DNA of 64,000 nucleotides from Plasmodiophora brassicae (Eukaryota): NCBI GenBank assembly GCA_036867785.1, contig CP145411.1, positions 496,001 to 560,000 of the forward strand, read 5' to 3'. Shown piece by piece: positions 1 to 10,740 of this stretch (position 1 is its first letter; each line of letters starts with the position of its first letter). The notes under the pieces were generated by a model. It saw only the letters and a program-made list of their open reading frames with translations, ran no database searches and was not told where the DNA came from. The position numbers and the translations under genes were made by a program.

Positions 1-274
1 CCTGCACGACTTCGCCGACGCCGTATCGCAGGCAGTCGATGTACCCGCATTCGACAATGACGGCAAGGTGCCCGAAGTCGCTACCATCCGTTCTTTGCCT
101 TGCGGGCACATATTCCACGACAACTGCATCCGTGAGGTGTGCATTGCTTTCATTTGAAATGTGATTTACTATTCATATGACTTGCAGTGGTTCAATACGG
201 ACCACCACATTTGCCCATACTGTCGCCAGCAAGTCCCTAGAAGACAGTTAGGATCCCAGAATCCAAGCACGTGA
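1..274 (+). CDS. RING-H2 zinc finger protein (E3 ligase-like), 3' part, copy A; continues upstream of the window
   Basis: Exon to 136, GT-AG intron 137-187, exon 188-274: LHDF...LPCGHIFHDNCIRE|WFNTDHHICPYCRQQV...ST*. Inverted near-identical copy at 9356-9629. Confidence 0.85.
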
Positions 275-299
275 GCAACTACGGCGACAGATTAACAAA

Positions 300-1869
300 C
301 ACAAGAAATCGCATTCGTGTTCACGACCCATACCGAGCAGAACATGTTTACATGTATGGCCTCGCAAGTAATACGGGCAGGTACAAGACCAACAATGCGA
401 GCGTGAGCAGATTTCCCATACTCTGCATGGCCTGCCGGCAGTGACCTATAGAGAGTTAGCAATGAACATTGATCCAGCGAAGCAGCGATGTACAGTGTTT
501 ACCGTAATTAGTCTGTATGCGCGATTAGTGTTAGTTCATAACTAGTCGTTCGGGGCTCGCTGCGCTTCGCCCGCTCCCTCCTAGGTGCAACCCCCTCCAC
601 CAACCCCGTTGAGCGCAACCCCTTGCAGGTTACGTGCCCGATGACGCCACTCGGTTTAGTGGTGTGGATTAGTGTGATACACGCTATTCAGGGTTGGCTG
701 CTCTTGCCACACGTCAGTATATATAGTACAACGTTGGTAAATACATGCGAAGTGTACCATGAAATTGAGATCTCGTTATGTACCTTAACATGTATGGACC
801 GACTCCGCCTTCAAAATGGTTGCAAAGTTTGCAACAATCGCCTGTAGTTCAGGCGATAACTGTTGGATGCGCCATTCGCCAGTGACATCCTTAGACAAAC
901 CGCGGCACTGTCGCTGCTGCTGGTGCAGCTTCGAGCGAGCAAACGATGCAGCAATATTACGTGACGCGGAAAAAGACCGACTGCGCTTGCGACGATGATT
1001 ATGCAGGTGGTGCCATCGTTGTATCTCACCTGAACTGAATGCAATCAATTCCGGGTCCCGGCGGCCTTAGCGGTCAGCACCTGCGGCATCCATGGGGACT
1101 GACTAGGTAGCACTGCGGCGCTGCGTATGCCTATACACACTAAATAAGTGTGAAAATAAATAGTGTGTATCACAGTATTCATGCCAGCACCTATATAGTG
1201 TTAATTCCCATTTAGTGTTATACACACTAATCAAGGGTTGGGCCTCGAAATCTGCTAACACCTAATTAGTCTGATACAGACTAATTACGGTAAACACTGT
1301 AGTATGTACGTCTTCTGTTTCGTCATTGACTTGAACAAAATCGCGGTCGATACCAGGACAGGCAGGCACGCTATTCTCGTCGAAGTGTTCCAAACAGTGA
1401 ACCACATATGATGTTTCACTGGTTCGGGAAGGCACGACAAACGTCCTTCTTTCCGCGCCTATTGCTTCTGTAACAGATTCAGGACGAAGCTGCAACATTT
1501 TCTTGCAACTTCGTCGAAATGACGCATCAACGCTCTGTGCACCGAGGCAATACTTCAACCTGCACAATCAACCAGCAACCTATCCAATACTAATGGTGTG
1601 AAACATCACCTCAATATCTTTGCATATACGTCATTTTCATACTCGAGCAAGATGTCGATCAACTTCGGTACCGACGTGCCGACTCTGCCGGCAAAGTAAA
1701 CATACTTTAAAACATTATGCATCGCCTCATTATGGCCGGTGGTATCTGGCATGTCTCTGCTCCGGAAAGCCAGGGACCATTGATCTGGCCGGTTGAAATA
1801 ATAATCCTCGAGATAACTCAGAGCCTGCGGTTCTCGTCCAGACCAGAACTTCCGGAACCAGTCCAGCAT
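300..1869 (-). mobile_element. MULE/Mutator-like transposase fragment with SWIM finger, copy A, interrupted by the TIR element at 493-1299
   Basis: WSLAFR..DTTGHNEAMHNVLKY resembles the MULE W...TxNxxExxHxxLK segment. After splicing and removing 493-1299 the minus strand reads WSCTCPYYLRGHTCKHVLL (SWIM CxC-x8-CxH). Confidence 0.75.
493..1299. mobile_element. Non-autonomous Tc1/mariner-type TIR element (807 bp, TA TSD)
   Basis: Perfect 26-bp TIRs CAGTGTTTACCGTAATTAGTCTGTAT (493-518 and 1274-1299), TA at 491-492 and 1300-1301. The empty site with a single TA is at 2809-2810. Confidence 0.9.
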
Positions 1870-1881
1870 TCATTGGGCGCT

Positions 1882-2366
1882 GCCCCAGTGGCCTAGCTGG
1901 TCAGGAGTACTAGCAACAGGTCAGCAAGCAGTCGCGGGACCGCAAGGTCCCCAGTTCGAGGCACGAACTCCCCCAAAAAAGTCCCGGTGACCAACAGCCG
2001 TAAATGTTGAAGGGGTGTTTACTGATCAGGCAGCCCAAAGTGCCAGAGCAATTAGGGGTCTCGCTTGAGCGTCTGGGAGGTAAAGGAACGGCCCGTAACA
2101 AGTGTATGTCGGCTCCCCGGCATAGGCGGTATGGCGAAAGAGGTCCGACAAGAGTGCAGTCGACAAGTCCGAGCGAATCACGTCCCGTTCCGATATCGTC
2201 CAAGGCGCGATGAACCCAGTACAAAGGTGACGGGCCGGCACTGCCAGGCCGGGGGATGTTGGCGTTCTGCTGCTGATCCTTCGATCCTCGGACTCGAGAC
2301 CGAGGCGCCTGCGTGAAAAGAAAAAGCGCGAAAAACAAATAAAACCAAACCAAACCAAACCAAACC
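1882..2366 (+). mobile_element. Putative tRNA-derived SINE with (CAAAC)n tail
   Basis: Begins GCCCCAGTGGCCTAGCTGGTCAGG (tRNA 5' end, A-box-like), followed by a GTTCGA B-box-like motif at ~1954. Ends AATAAA plus (CAAAC)n at ~2338-2366. No TSD visible. Confidence 0.5.
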
Positions 2367-2919
2367 GGCCATAATGAGGCGATGCATAATGTTTTAAAGT
2401 ATGTGTACTTTGCCGGCAGAGTCGGCACGTCGGTACCGAAGTTGATCGACATCTTGCTCGAGTATGAAAAGGACGTATATGCAAAGATATTGAGGTGATG
2501 TTTTACACCATTAGTATTGGATAGGTTGCTGGTTGATTGTGCAGGTTGAAGTATTGCCTCGGTGCATAGAGCGTTGACGCGTCATTTCGACGAAGTTGCA
2601 AGAAAATGTTGCAGCTTCGTCCTGAATCTGTTACAGAAGCAGAAGCAATAGGCACGGAAAGAAGGACGTTTGTCGTGCCTTCCCGAACCAGTGAAACATC
2701 ATATGTGGTTCACTGTTTGGAACACTTCGACGAGAATAGCATGCCTGTCTGTCCTGGTATCGACCGCGATTTTGTTCAAGTCAATGACGAAACAGAAGAC
2801 GTACATACTACATCGCTGCTTCGCTGGATCAATGTTCAATGCTAACTCTCTATAGGTCACTGCCCATGCAGAGTATGGGAAATCTGCTCACGCTCGCATT
2901 GTTGGTCTTGTACCTGCCC
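2364..2919 (+). mobile_element. MULE/SWIM transposase fragment, copy B (pseudogenised), left part; SWIM continues at 9256
   Basis: Inverted copy of 1301-1740 plus 375-492, with a CAG>TAG stop, a 6-nt duplication and a 7-nt deletion. Ends at WSCTC(P); the remainder YYLRGHTCKH lies at 9256-9290. Confidence 0.8.
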
Positions 2920-3041
2920 TTATCTGTCCACAAACTATATAATACGGACGCAACCAGGCGGCAAGCATAGGCAAAATAAGGCCGTGCAACCAGTTCTACC
3001 AGTTTTGCAACCGGTCTACCGGGTACCCCCTCTACGAGACC

Positions 3042-6000
3042 ATGGTGGGAAACCGTCGCGCCAAATTCTCCGCGCTTCCCGACGACGGCGTCCGCAGCGA
3101 ATCGGCAGCTTCCAGTGACGAGATCGACATGGCAAGGCTTCGCAACCGTCGTGGCAGGGGACGGAGATGGCGTCTTCCTGCGCAGAGGCGCACCCGGATT
3201 GAGAGGTTGGCGAAGACTGGCGTTGAAATCGCCGCTCAACGCCACGGTATCCAGCTGCTTGCGAATCCTATCGACTTGTTCGATCAACGTGGCACCGACG
3301 TCCAGAACACGCGCAAGGCTTACGAGAAGCACTGGAAGGGGTTGTCCAGGTTCCTGTCGATCATCGGCGACTACGAGTCGATGTTGGCGCTTGACCCGCA
3401 CGTCGGCAATGACGCCAACTGTCACTGGACCGAAAATAAATTCATTCGCAATACAAAACTCCGCCTATTGCCGATGTACCCAGATATGATACATTGACGA
3501 TATAGAACGATGTACCCTGTCTGCGCAGTCCAGTAGGTTGAAGCCATATATAACTGCATTCCGACTGCGCGGCGCAATACATCCCCGACATGTAGATCTG
3601 TACTCAGGATGCACTGCGTAATACGTCGCAGGACATCCGATCGCTGACAGCTGTATCGACAATGTATGGGCGGAATACTTGTTCTGTATCCGACCACGAT
3701 ACATTGTGAGTACGAATGCCATTTTTCCAAGACTTCTGAAACGAATGGATTCGCGTACTGTATTCACATTTCACAGCTCAGAATTTTCTGTGACAATACC
3801 ATCGTCCCTTGCCGTTCGACGGGAGCGTCATTGCCGTGCTAGATGCCGCCGGATCCAATTGCCGACGTGACGCGGCAAGTCGACCTTGGTGGAGAGCGTT
3901 ACGTTGTCGAACATCGGGCACTGGAGTGCTATTTCACTTCGCAGCACTTCCAGGAAGCAAAACCATTCTTGCGGAAGGCCCTGTTGCAGCAGCAGACCGA
4001 CACAGCGGTCAACGATTCCAACGTCCGCGTTGACAACGATGCCGTGGTCGTCCATCATCAAGCTCGGATGATCGACAAGGCACGCTTTCTGCCTCTTGAC
4101 AGGGCTCTTGTTGCTTGTTGAGATGCCTGAGGCGAGCCGTCGAAGCTTGAGCTCATTTTGGATGACTGTAACGCATCCCAATAAGAAGCAGGGCCGACAT
4201 GGCACGCTTAACCGAACTTACAGATTTTGATTTCTTCGAACGGAAACGTCTCAGCAACGGCCTGCTCGATCTGGTGTTCCTCCACAAGCCATTGCTGTAC
4301 CCGTCTTGGCAACTCCTTTTTAGTAGACAAGGCCACAACATCTGCCAGCTTGTGGTCCAGGACCAACCTGACAACGGAACATGTCAAATTTGTTGCAAAC
4401 GAGATATAGATTCTACATACTGCCTCAACGTTTCCTTGCACAAGAGAAATTGAACGCGCGCCGAGTCGTTTCTCTGGCGGACACCTTTGCCGAGAAATGA
4501 CTGCAGGTGAGCCTGGATCAATAGACGGTCCAGTCTTTGCACTGCCGCTGCCGCCATTCCCATGTTTTTCCCTCACTGCTAACGGAAGACCATTCAGACG
4601 TATGATAGTGCGATCGTGTGTCGTCGATGCAACCTTTCTTCCCGATCGGACACGGGTGGTGAAAAGGCAGTTGATTCGGAGGAGACGCAGCCAGGCCGTC
4701 ACGACGAGACTGCTCGTCTTCGTCTTCCAGGGACGCGATTGGCGAAGGCGGAACCCCGTCTGGCGCGGCTCGAACGCGACTTCGCGAACGTCCGCCTGCC
4801 GGCGAGAAGATGCGGGCGCCATCGACGTCGTACGGTAGTCCTTTCAAATAACGCGCCTCCGCGGCCCCCTCCGCCCTCGCGGATGTTGTCGGAGTCCGTG
4901 ATCCACTCAATATTAGGGCGAACCTCAATATACCGCAGCACGCGCACGACATGGCAATGTTTTCGATGTTTAAAGACACCATTTTCCGGCGCAACCCATG
5001 GCCGTGACGGTACGATGTGGTTGCCTGGGTGACTCACGTGCCGGCGTCTGCGCGCCCCGATGGGGCGGAGATCGATGGGTTTAGTCTCGTGACAGTACAG
5101 TGCTTCCCGGTGCAGGTCGAGCCTATGCGACGTGGCACTACGAGGCACCGCGTATCGATGTCACCCCCCAAACGCAACGTCCGCCACCGCGCGACCGCGT
5201 CCGATTCCAGTCGTCTGTGGCCGCCAACGAATTCGTCGCGCTCACCATGGGATCCACGAGTTCCCTCGCGCCGGGATTCGTTACCATCCGGGGATGGTAA
5301 CCAGGTGCCGCTGCATCTCAACCGCGGAGGGCTGTCCCCACCCTATGACAGTGATGTCAGGGGAGCACCGTCACTTGACGACAACCCGCAAGGGCGCCCC
5401 GTTGGCGGTATACCGCGACACTCTGGAAGCGCGGCCCTACTAGTCTTCGTAATGATGAAGACGACGGCTGAACCCCGCTGGAAAGCACCGACGAGGACGG
5501 CAGGTGCTCCTATAGCGTTGCAGTTTCGCCGCTGTCTGACAAAGCTCGAGATGCTGCCGCCCGTTTCGTTTTACAATATCAGTAAGTTGATCGACTGGAC
5601 TCTGCTCTCAGGCAGACAACTTATGGGAGCGTCACTGTAGGTGCCTTCCTTTAAGTCCACGTTCCCGATATATAGTGTCAAGTACGTCGGTCCAGGTCGC
5701 GGCTTTGTCTGGACTTCCCCTATAAAATGATGGATCGACAAGGGGGCAGCCAAGGAACATTTCCGCAAATTACCAGATAACGTCAGCTGCGGTGAGGCTG
5801 AGGTAATCAACGCATGCATCTAATTGGTCCCTTTGGCGATATGTCTGTTGATAGCCGTTACTCTCCTCAGGTGTGGCCGTAGTTCGGAATACTCCTGCAA
5901 TCATGGGAATCCTCTCGTGTTTGGGCAAATGCGATATTCTGGCATGGATGTGGCGGCGAACATTATGTCGTTGGAATTCCCCGAACATCAGGCGAAACCC

Positions 6001-8819
6001 TTCATCTTATCACTGGACATTCGATGCTGGATCCATCAACCTTGTCACACAAGGACTGGCAAGCGTTCAAGGAACATCCATGGGCTCTGCACTACCTGGA
6101 GGCATGCAGTAGGTTCGCTGAAACGACGGTCGCGCGAGTCGGTAACTATGACGAAGTGACAGGCGCTATCGACGTCTTTGACGAGTTCTGTCATGATAGT
6201 TACGGCTGCTGTCTACTTCCATCAAATGCCACAACCTTCCAAAGTGTGAAGTTCGGTACGATTGCTCTTTATATTGCACCCACCTATAGTTACTAACGCA
6301 TGCATCGTCCAGGACATGTAATGTGGCAGGCGCGACATGGCCGTCATTCGACAACCGACAACGATTACGTTGCGGCATTCGCTGATACAAACGGGGACGT
6401 GCACTTAGGAGCAATCAACGAAGTACTTCGCATCGAGATGCCGCTGGCGCCGCCGCGTTTAGCGATACAATCGCTAACGCTTGAATTATTCCACTGCAGC
6501 GGTAAAGCACGGCGCCACCTGGTTGACTCCTTGATTCACCATTTGCTATGATTGAGCAGATGGTTGGGACATGATCTCGTGTCCGATTGCCGCCCCCCAT
6601 TCCTGCGACGTCACTCTAGACAAGGACCGTGTTGCTACGCATCGCCTGCAGGATAGCCCGATGTTCCCCATCGTGCATGCTGTCCGTTGTAACGTTGCTC
6701 GGCCTAGTGCCTAGTCATCTGACAGCGAGTCGGCGACGACGTCGTCAACGATAGCGAGGCCGCCTCAGCTGTTCCTTTTGTATGCCTTCTCTTGAGAGCA
6801 AACGCTATTCCCCTCGCGTTGGTGTCAACCAGCTACTGACTATAAACAATGTGGACATGTGCTACTAAAGCATGTTAAAGACCATCCGGACTCTGCGATA
6901 TGCTGTATTGGCAATGAATGCAATCAGATACACTGGCAATATGTTTGGCAGATATATCACCAATGTATCGAACCTTGGAATACAGTGGCGATACAAGGCC
7001 TCGCGGATGTATCCGCGCTGAATCCATTTTCGGCCCAGTGTGTCCAGCAATGGACATCTGCAACCTGAAGCTCTACCTGCAGTACAAGCTGTCGTCTGCC
7101 GGGATGCCAATGGTGGACAACGCTGGACGTCCAAAACTGTGTGCCGACGGGGAGCAATTGATCGCGGAAGGCGGCTGGAACGATCCGAAGAACGCCGAGC
7201 AGTTCGGATCCGCTGTAACGCAGATTCATGTTGAGCGCGGGCTCACTGGGCCCTACGAAGAACCATGCGAGTCTTGCGTCCGCGAATATGATGCCAACAA
7301 TCAGTCGCCGGGCTGTGTCAAACACCTGTACAATCGGCGAATATTCCGCACTGGGAATCCGAGGCGAGATCCCGACTTCCAACGAGCGCTCAAGCGCCAT
7401 TATCGCGCCAAAGCAGACTATGTCCCTCAGGGCGATACAGCCGTTACACCGTTTGAGGTCCAGCGGATCCGGAAATACCTACTGGAGTTCTCGGACGACA
7501 CCAACGACCTGGCGTTCTATGCGTCGTTTCTGCTGGGCGTATCGCTGTTTCTTCGTGCGGAGGAGCTCTGTAACATCAAGGTCGCACATTTCAATCCGGC
7601 GCTGACGAAGTACAATGACAACGGCAATGTCGAAGGTCTCGGCGTACGCTTCAAGAGCAAGGACGGCAGATATTACACCCGCATGATCATATGGGCGAAC
7701 AACTCCCTGCCAGAGCTTTGTCCGATTCGTCATCTGCTTGCATACGTATCCAAAGCCAATATCACGAGGGGGTACGTGTTCCGTGCGTCGATCAAGGATC
7801 ACAAGGTGCCCATGTCATATGCTGCGCTCAACAGTCGTGTTCAGCGGGTCTGCGGCGTTACCGTTCGTGATCGCGATGGTGTTTGGGGTACGCACGTAAT
7901 GCGGAAGACTGGCTACAGCTTCGCTGTCTGGGGCAAGGCCGAGATGGTCCCTCTTGCAAAGTCGGCGCGCCATAAGAATCCCAAGGATGCTGCCAAGTAT
8001 CTGCAGGATTCGGACACCCAGTTGGAGCTGGCCAAGTTCGATCCTGAAATGCGGGCAATAATCGATTTGATGCCGCAGTGGCGCCCCATCCACATCGAGA
8101 ACCTGTCCCAAGCGGCGGCTCGTGCTGGGATCAGGCGTGATGATCTGCATACGGTGGCCGACGAGTTCATGCGGTCGATGGTCGGGCTCTTGACCGATCG
8201 ACAGATGCGTATCGACAACATTGCAGCCAAGATTATCGTGGATCCAGCCACCAACTTGGGTCCTCGTGAACAGCTGAACGAGCTGCTGGCGAAGAACGTT
8301 GCTCCTGATGTTGCCGCGAAACTGCAGCGCGTCGTCGGTAGACTGCTCCTGGACGCTGCGAATGGTCGAGCGCTTCGGGCAGATCAAGAATCCGGGCGAG
8401 AAGACGACAACGAGGTGGACGAGCCAGACATTTCGTCAGTTGGAGGTCAGCGCGAACGCGGACCTGATCATGAAGAAGCGCGCCCGGCCGCTAACCTACC
8501 AGATCGGCCAAGGCGACGAGGCGGCTCGATTGACGCACCGTCTCGATCGAACCTCCGCAACAAGGAGCTGACTGGCGCTGACCGGATCAAGGTCATTCTG
8601 GACATTGCCAAAGAGCTCGAGGGCGTTGAGACGCGCCAGCTGACTGAAGCGTGCCGAAATTTCAAGGTGACGAGTCTCGATCCGATCATGGGCTGTCTGA
8701 ACAACCATTGCAATGGTGACGTCGATATGTTCCTCGAGAAATGGAACCCCTTCCAGCATTCCCGGTTCGGCACAAAGTGTTGCAAGGGTACACTATCTGT
8801 ATGCAGTTCCGGTAATTAA
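3042..8819 (+). pseudogene. Tyrosine recombinase gene split by insertion (3042-3422 + 7044-8819 = 718 aa when rejoined)
   Basis: Catalytic motifs LFLRAEE (R), HVMRKTG (HxxR), ARHK (H), AKYLQD (Y), plus LCPIRHL. The N-terminal part NTRKAYEKHWKGLSRFLSIIGDYESML..DANC joins PAMDICNLKLYLQYK in frame. Confidence 0.88.
3423..7040. mobile_element. CACTA/EnSpm-superfamily element (CACTG termini, 3618 bp, TGT TSD), internally degenerate
   Basis: TIRs CACTGGACCGAAAATAAATTCA and CACTGGGCCGAAAATGGATTCA (19/22 identical). 3-bp TSD TGT at 3420-3422 and 7041-7043. Subterminal GATACA/TGTATC motifs at both ends. No intact transposase ORF. Confidence 0.88.
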
Positions 8820-9355
8820 CTGATAAACGTGTTCTCTTTGTGTGAGTATACTCAGGAATTGGAACAACCAATGGATCAATGAGGGCGCGCGAACGAGCTC
8901 GGGAGCCCGGTTAACAGGCACGCCGCTTCAGACGATGTACACAAATCGGCACTGATCGCTGTTGTATTCGAAATGCTGGCTGATGTAAGCGCAGCTGAAG
9001 CTTCGCGCGCGGAGGGCGACCCTGTGGGAGCCCGCAGCAGAGAAGAGCCCGCCGCAGGCGCCGCTCCTGAACAAGCACCACTTTTGTGCCAATTCCAACG
9101 CACGTCCGTGTTCCCTTTGTATGCATACCAGAGGATATGACGTTCCCACATTAGCTTAGCTTGGTGGCTTTGGATCGATCAATGGACCAATCAGCCCAAA
9201 ATACGTTGCGCATTTTTTTCGACCCGCAACCACCGCTACCACCGCGATAATGTCCGTATTACTTGCGAGGCCATACATGTAAACATGTTCTGCTCGGTAT
9301 GGGTCGTGAACACGAATGCGATTTCTTGTATTTGTTAATCTGTCGCCGTAGTTGC

Positions 9356-9843
9356 TCACGTGCTTGGATTCTGGGATCCTAACTGTCTTTTAGGGACTTG
9401 CTGGCGACAGTATGGGCAAATGCGGTGGTCCGTGTTGAACCACTGCAAGTCATATGAATAGTAAATCACATTTCAAATGAAAGCAATGCACACCTCACGG
9501 ATGCAGTTGTCGTGGAATATGTGCCCGCAAGGCAAAGAACGGATGGTAGCGACTTCGGGCACCTTGCCGTCATTGTCGAATGCGGGTACATCGACTGCCT
9601 GCGATATGGCGTCGGCGAAGTCGTGCAGGCAAATGGAACAGCTGGAAGCAAATCAGCACTATGCCGATTGAGTTCAGATGGGAATCGTAAATACACTTGA
9701 GTAATCATATCGGCAGGCGGCAACGCCCATTGGCCGAGTCCTATGTGGTTCGACTCCGAGCTAGCGGGACTAGGGTCGCGGGAGCTGGGCGGGGTGCCCA
9801 AGTCTTGCCAGACTACGAGCGCAAGAATGAATACTTTAACGAT
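9356..9843 (-). CDS. RING-H2 protein, copy B (3 exons; start codon uncertain, possibly a pseudogene)
   Basis: Exons ~9843-9695, 9641-9494, 9442-9356: (I)VKVFILALVVWQDLG...DMITQVCSICLHDF...CGHIFHDNC..W...CPYCR (C3H2C3). Confidence 0.7.
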
Positions 9844-10299
9844 GGTATCAACAGCTGATGATAGATTTGTAAATACGGACCTGCGAACCACTCTTCTAGA
9901 TCGTCCGCCGTGACGTCGTCCATGGCGATAACCGCAATTTCGAGCAGATTGCGCCCCGTCTCCTCCGATGTGCCGAGCGCGTCCAAATACCGCCGGTAGA
10001 TGCGGATGAGGGCGCGCAGCGGATGGCCGTTGTAGCGCCTGGATTGAACCTCAGCCATACGTCGAGGCTGCCTGCGGTATCCGATGATTGCACTGAGTCG
10101 CGGCCGAATATCGAATGGTCTAGCAAATGCCATTGTGGACGATAACGGGTGGCAAGTCCGTCGGCGCAGGGTGAGAGCCGCTTTTTTGCCGAACCATCCA
10201 GGGCGGGCGGGCGAGACGCGGCCCGGCCAGATGCCTGCTCCACGTCCACCAGAAACCAGGACTACATACATTGTTACATTATTTTCTGAGAATTGTCGA

Positions 10300-10740
10300 T
10301 GGCGTATGAACAAAGAACGAAGCTCGACGCCGGGAAACCCAGGCTGTTCGACGTTGCGTCGGCATTGTGCGTGTGCAAGCGGGTCGGGAGCGTGGCGGTA
10401 ACGGCCCGTTCGGAGAGCCGAGGTGTTGCACCAAATTTCCAGGGTCGACTGCTCGGTCGGCATGGCGCCGCCCGTCGACTTGAATGTCAAAGGCCTGAAG
10501 TCGATGTGAGCCGCGCGGCACGCGTCAGCAAACTTCCGCAGCTCGACGTGGTGGTCTTGCCGGGCCATGAAGAGGTCGGTTGCCGCTGCAGATGGCAGTG
10601 TTGATGATTGCAGCAGGCTTGTAATGGTCACGTCGAACGCCGGCATCTGCGCGCCGCCCGCGCAGCACTTGATGCCAATGTTGGCCGCCTTGCAGCCGAT
10701 ATCGGGCCCTTCCCCTCTCTTGGTATGCTCGTCACCCTCT
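10300..10740 (-). mobile_element. Non-LTR retrotransposon 3' fragment, restriction-like endonuclease (CRE/R2-type)
   Basis: PDI...AFDVTITSLLQ...RKFADACRAAHIDFRPLTFKSTGG resembles the RPD..DVT..K..Y..C..F.PL..ET.G pattern, with degenerate residues. Confidence 0.65.

Larger units (their letters stand above)
2920..9250 (+). mobile_element. Tyrosine-recombinase (Crypton-like) DNA transposon, ~2.7 kb after removing the nested CACTA element
   Basis: Absent from the paralogous empty site (revcomp of 361-390: GGTCTTGTACC-TGCCC-GTATTACTTGCGAG). Termini TTATC...GATAA, flanked by TGCCC (2915-2919) and TGTCC (9251-9255). Encodes a YR. Confidence 0.85.

Noticed and set aside
2338-2366. (CAAAC)n as a telomeric or CRISPR-like repeat
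   Set aside because: A short pentamer microsatellite without spacers; better explained as a retroposon tail.
3800-6600. Protein-coding genes inside the CACTA element
   Set aside because: Only short fragments on both strands, with faint transposase-like hints. I could not build a supported model.
6918-7043. N-terminal 42 aa of the 633-aa ORF as the real start of the recombinase
   Set aside because: These codons lie in the CACTA right end and TSD. The true N-terminus is at 3042.
2940-9261. TAATACGGAC/GTCCGTATTA as the terminal inverted repeats of the YR element
   Set aside because: The empty site shows GTATTA is target DNA and that the left end is at 2920, so these are not the termini.
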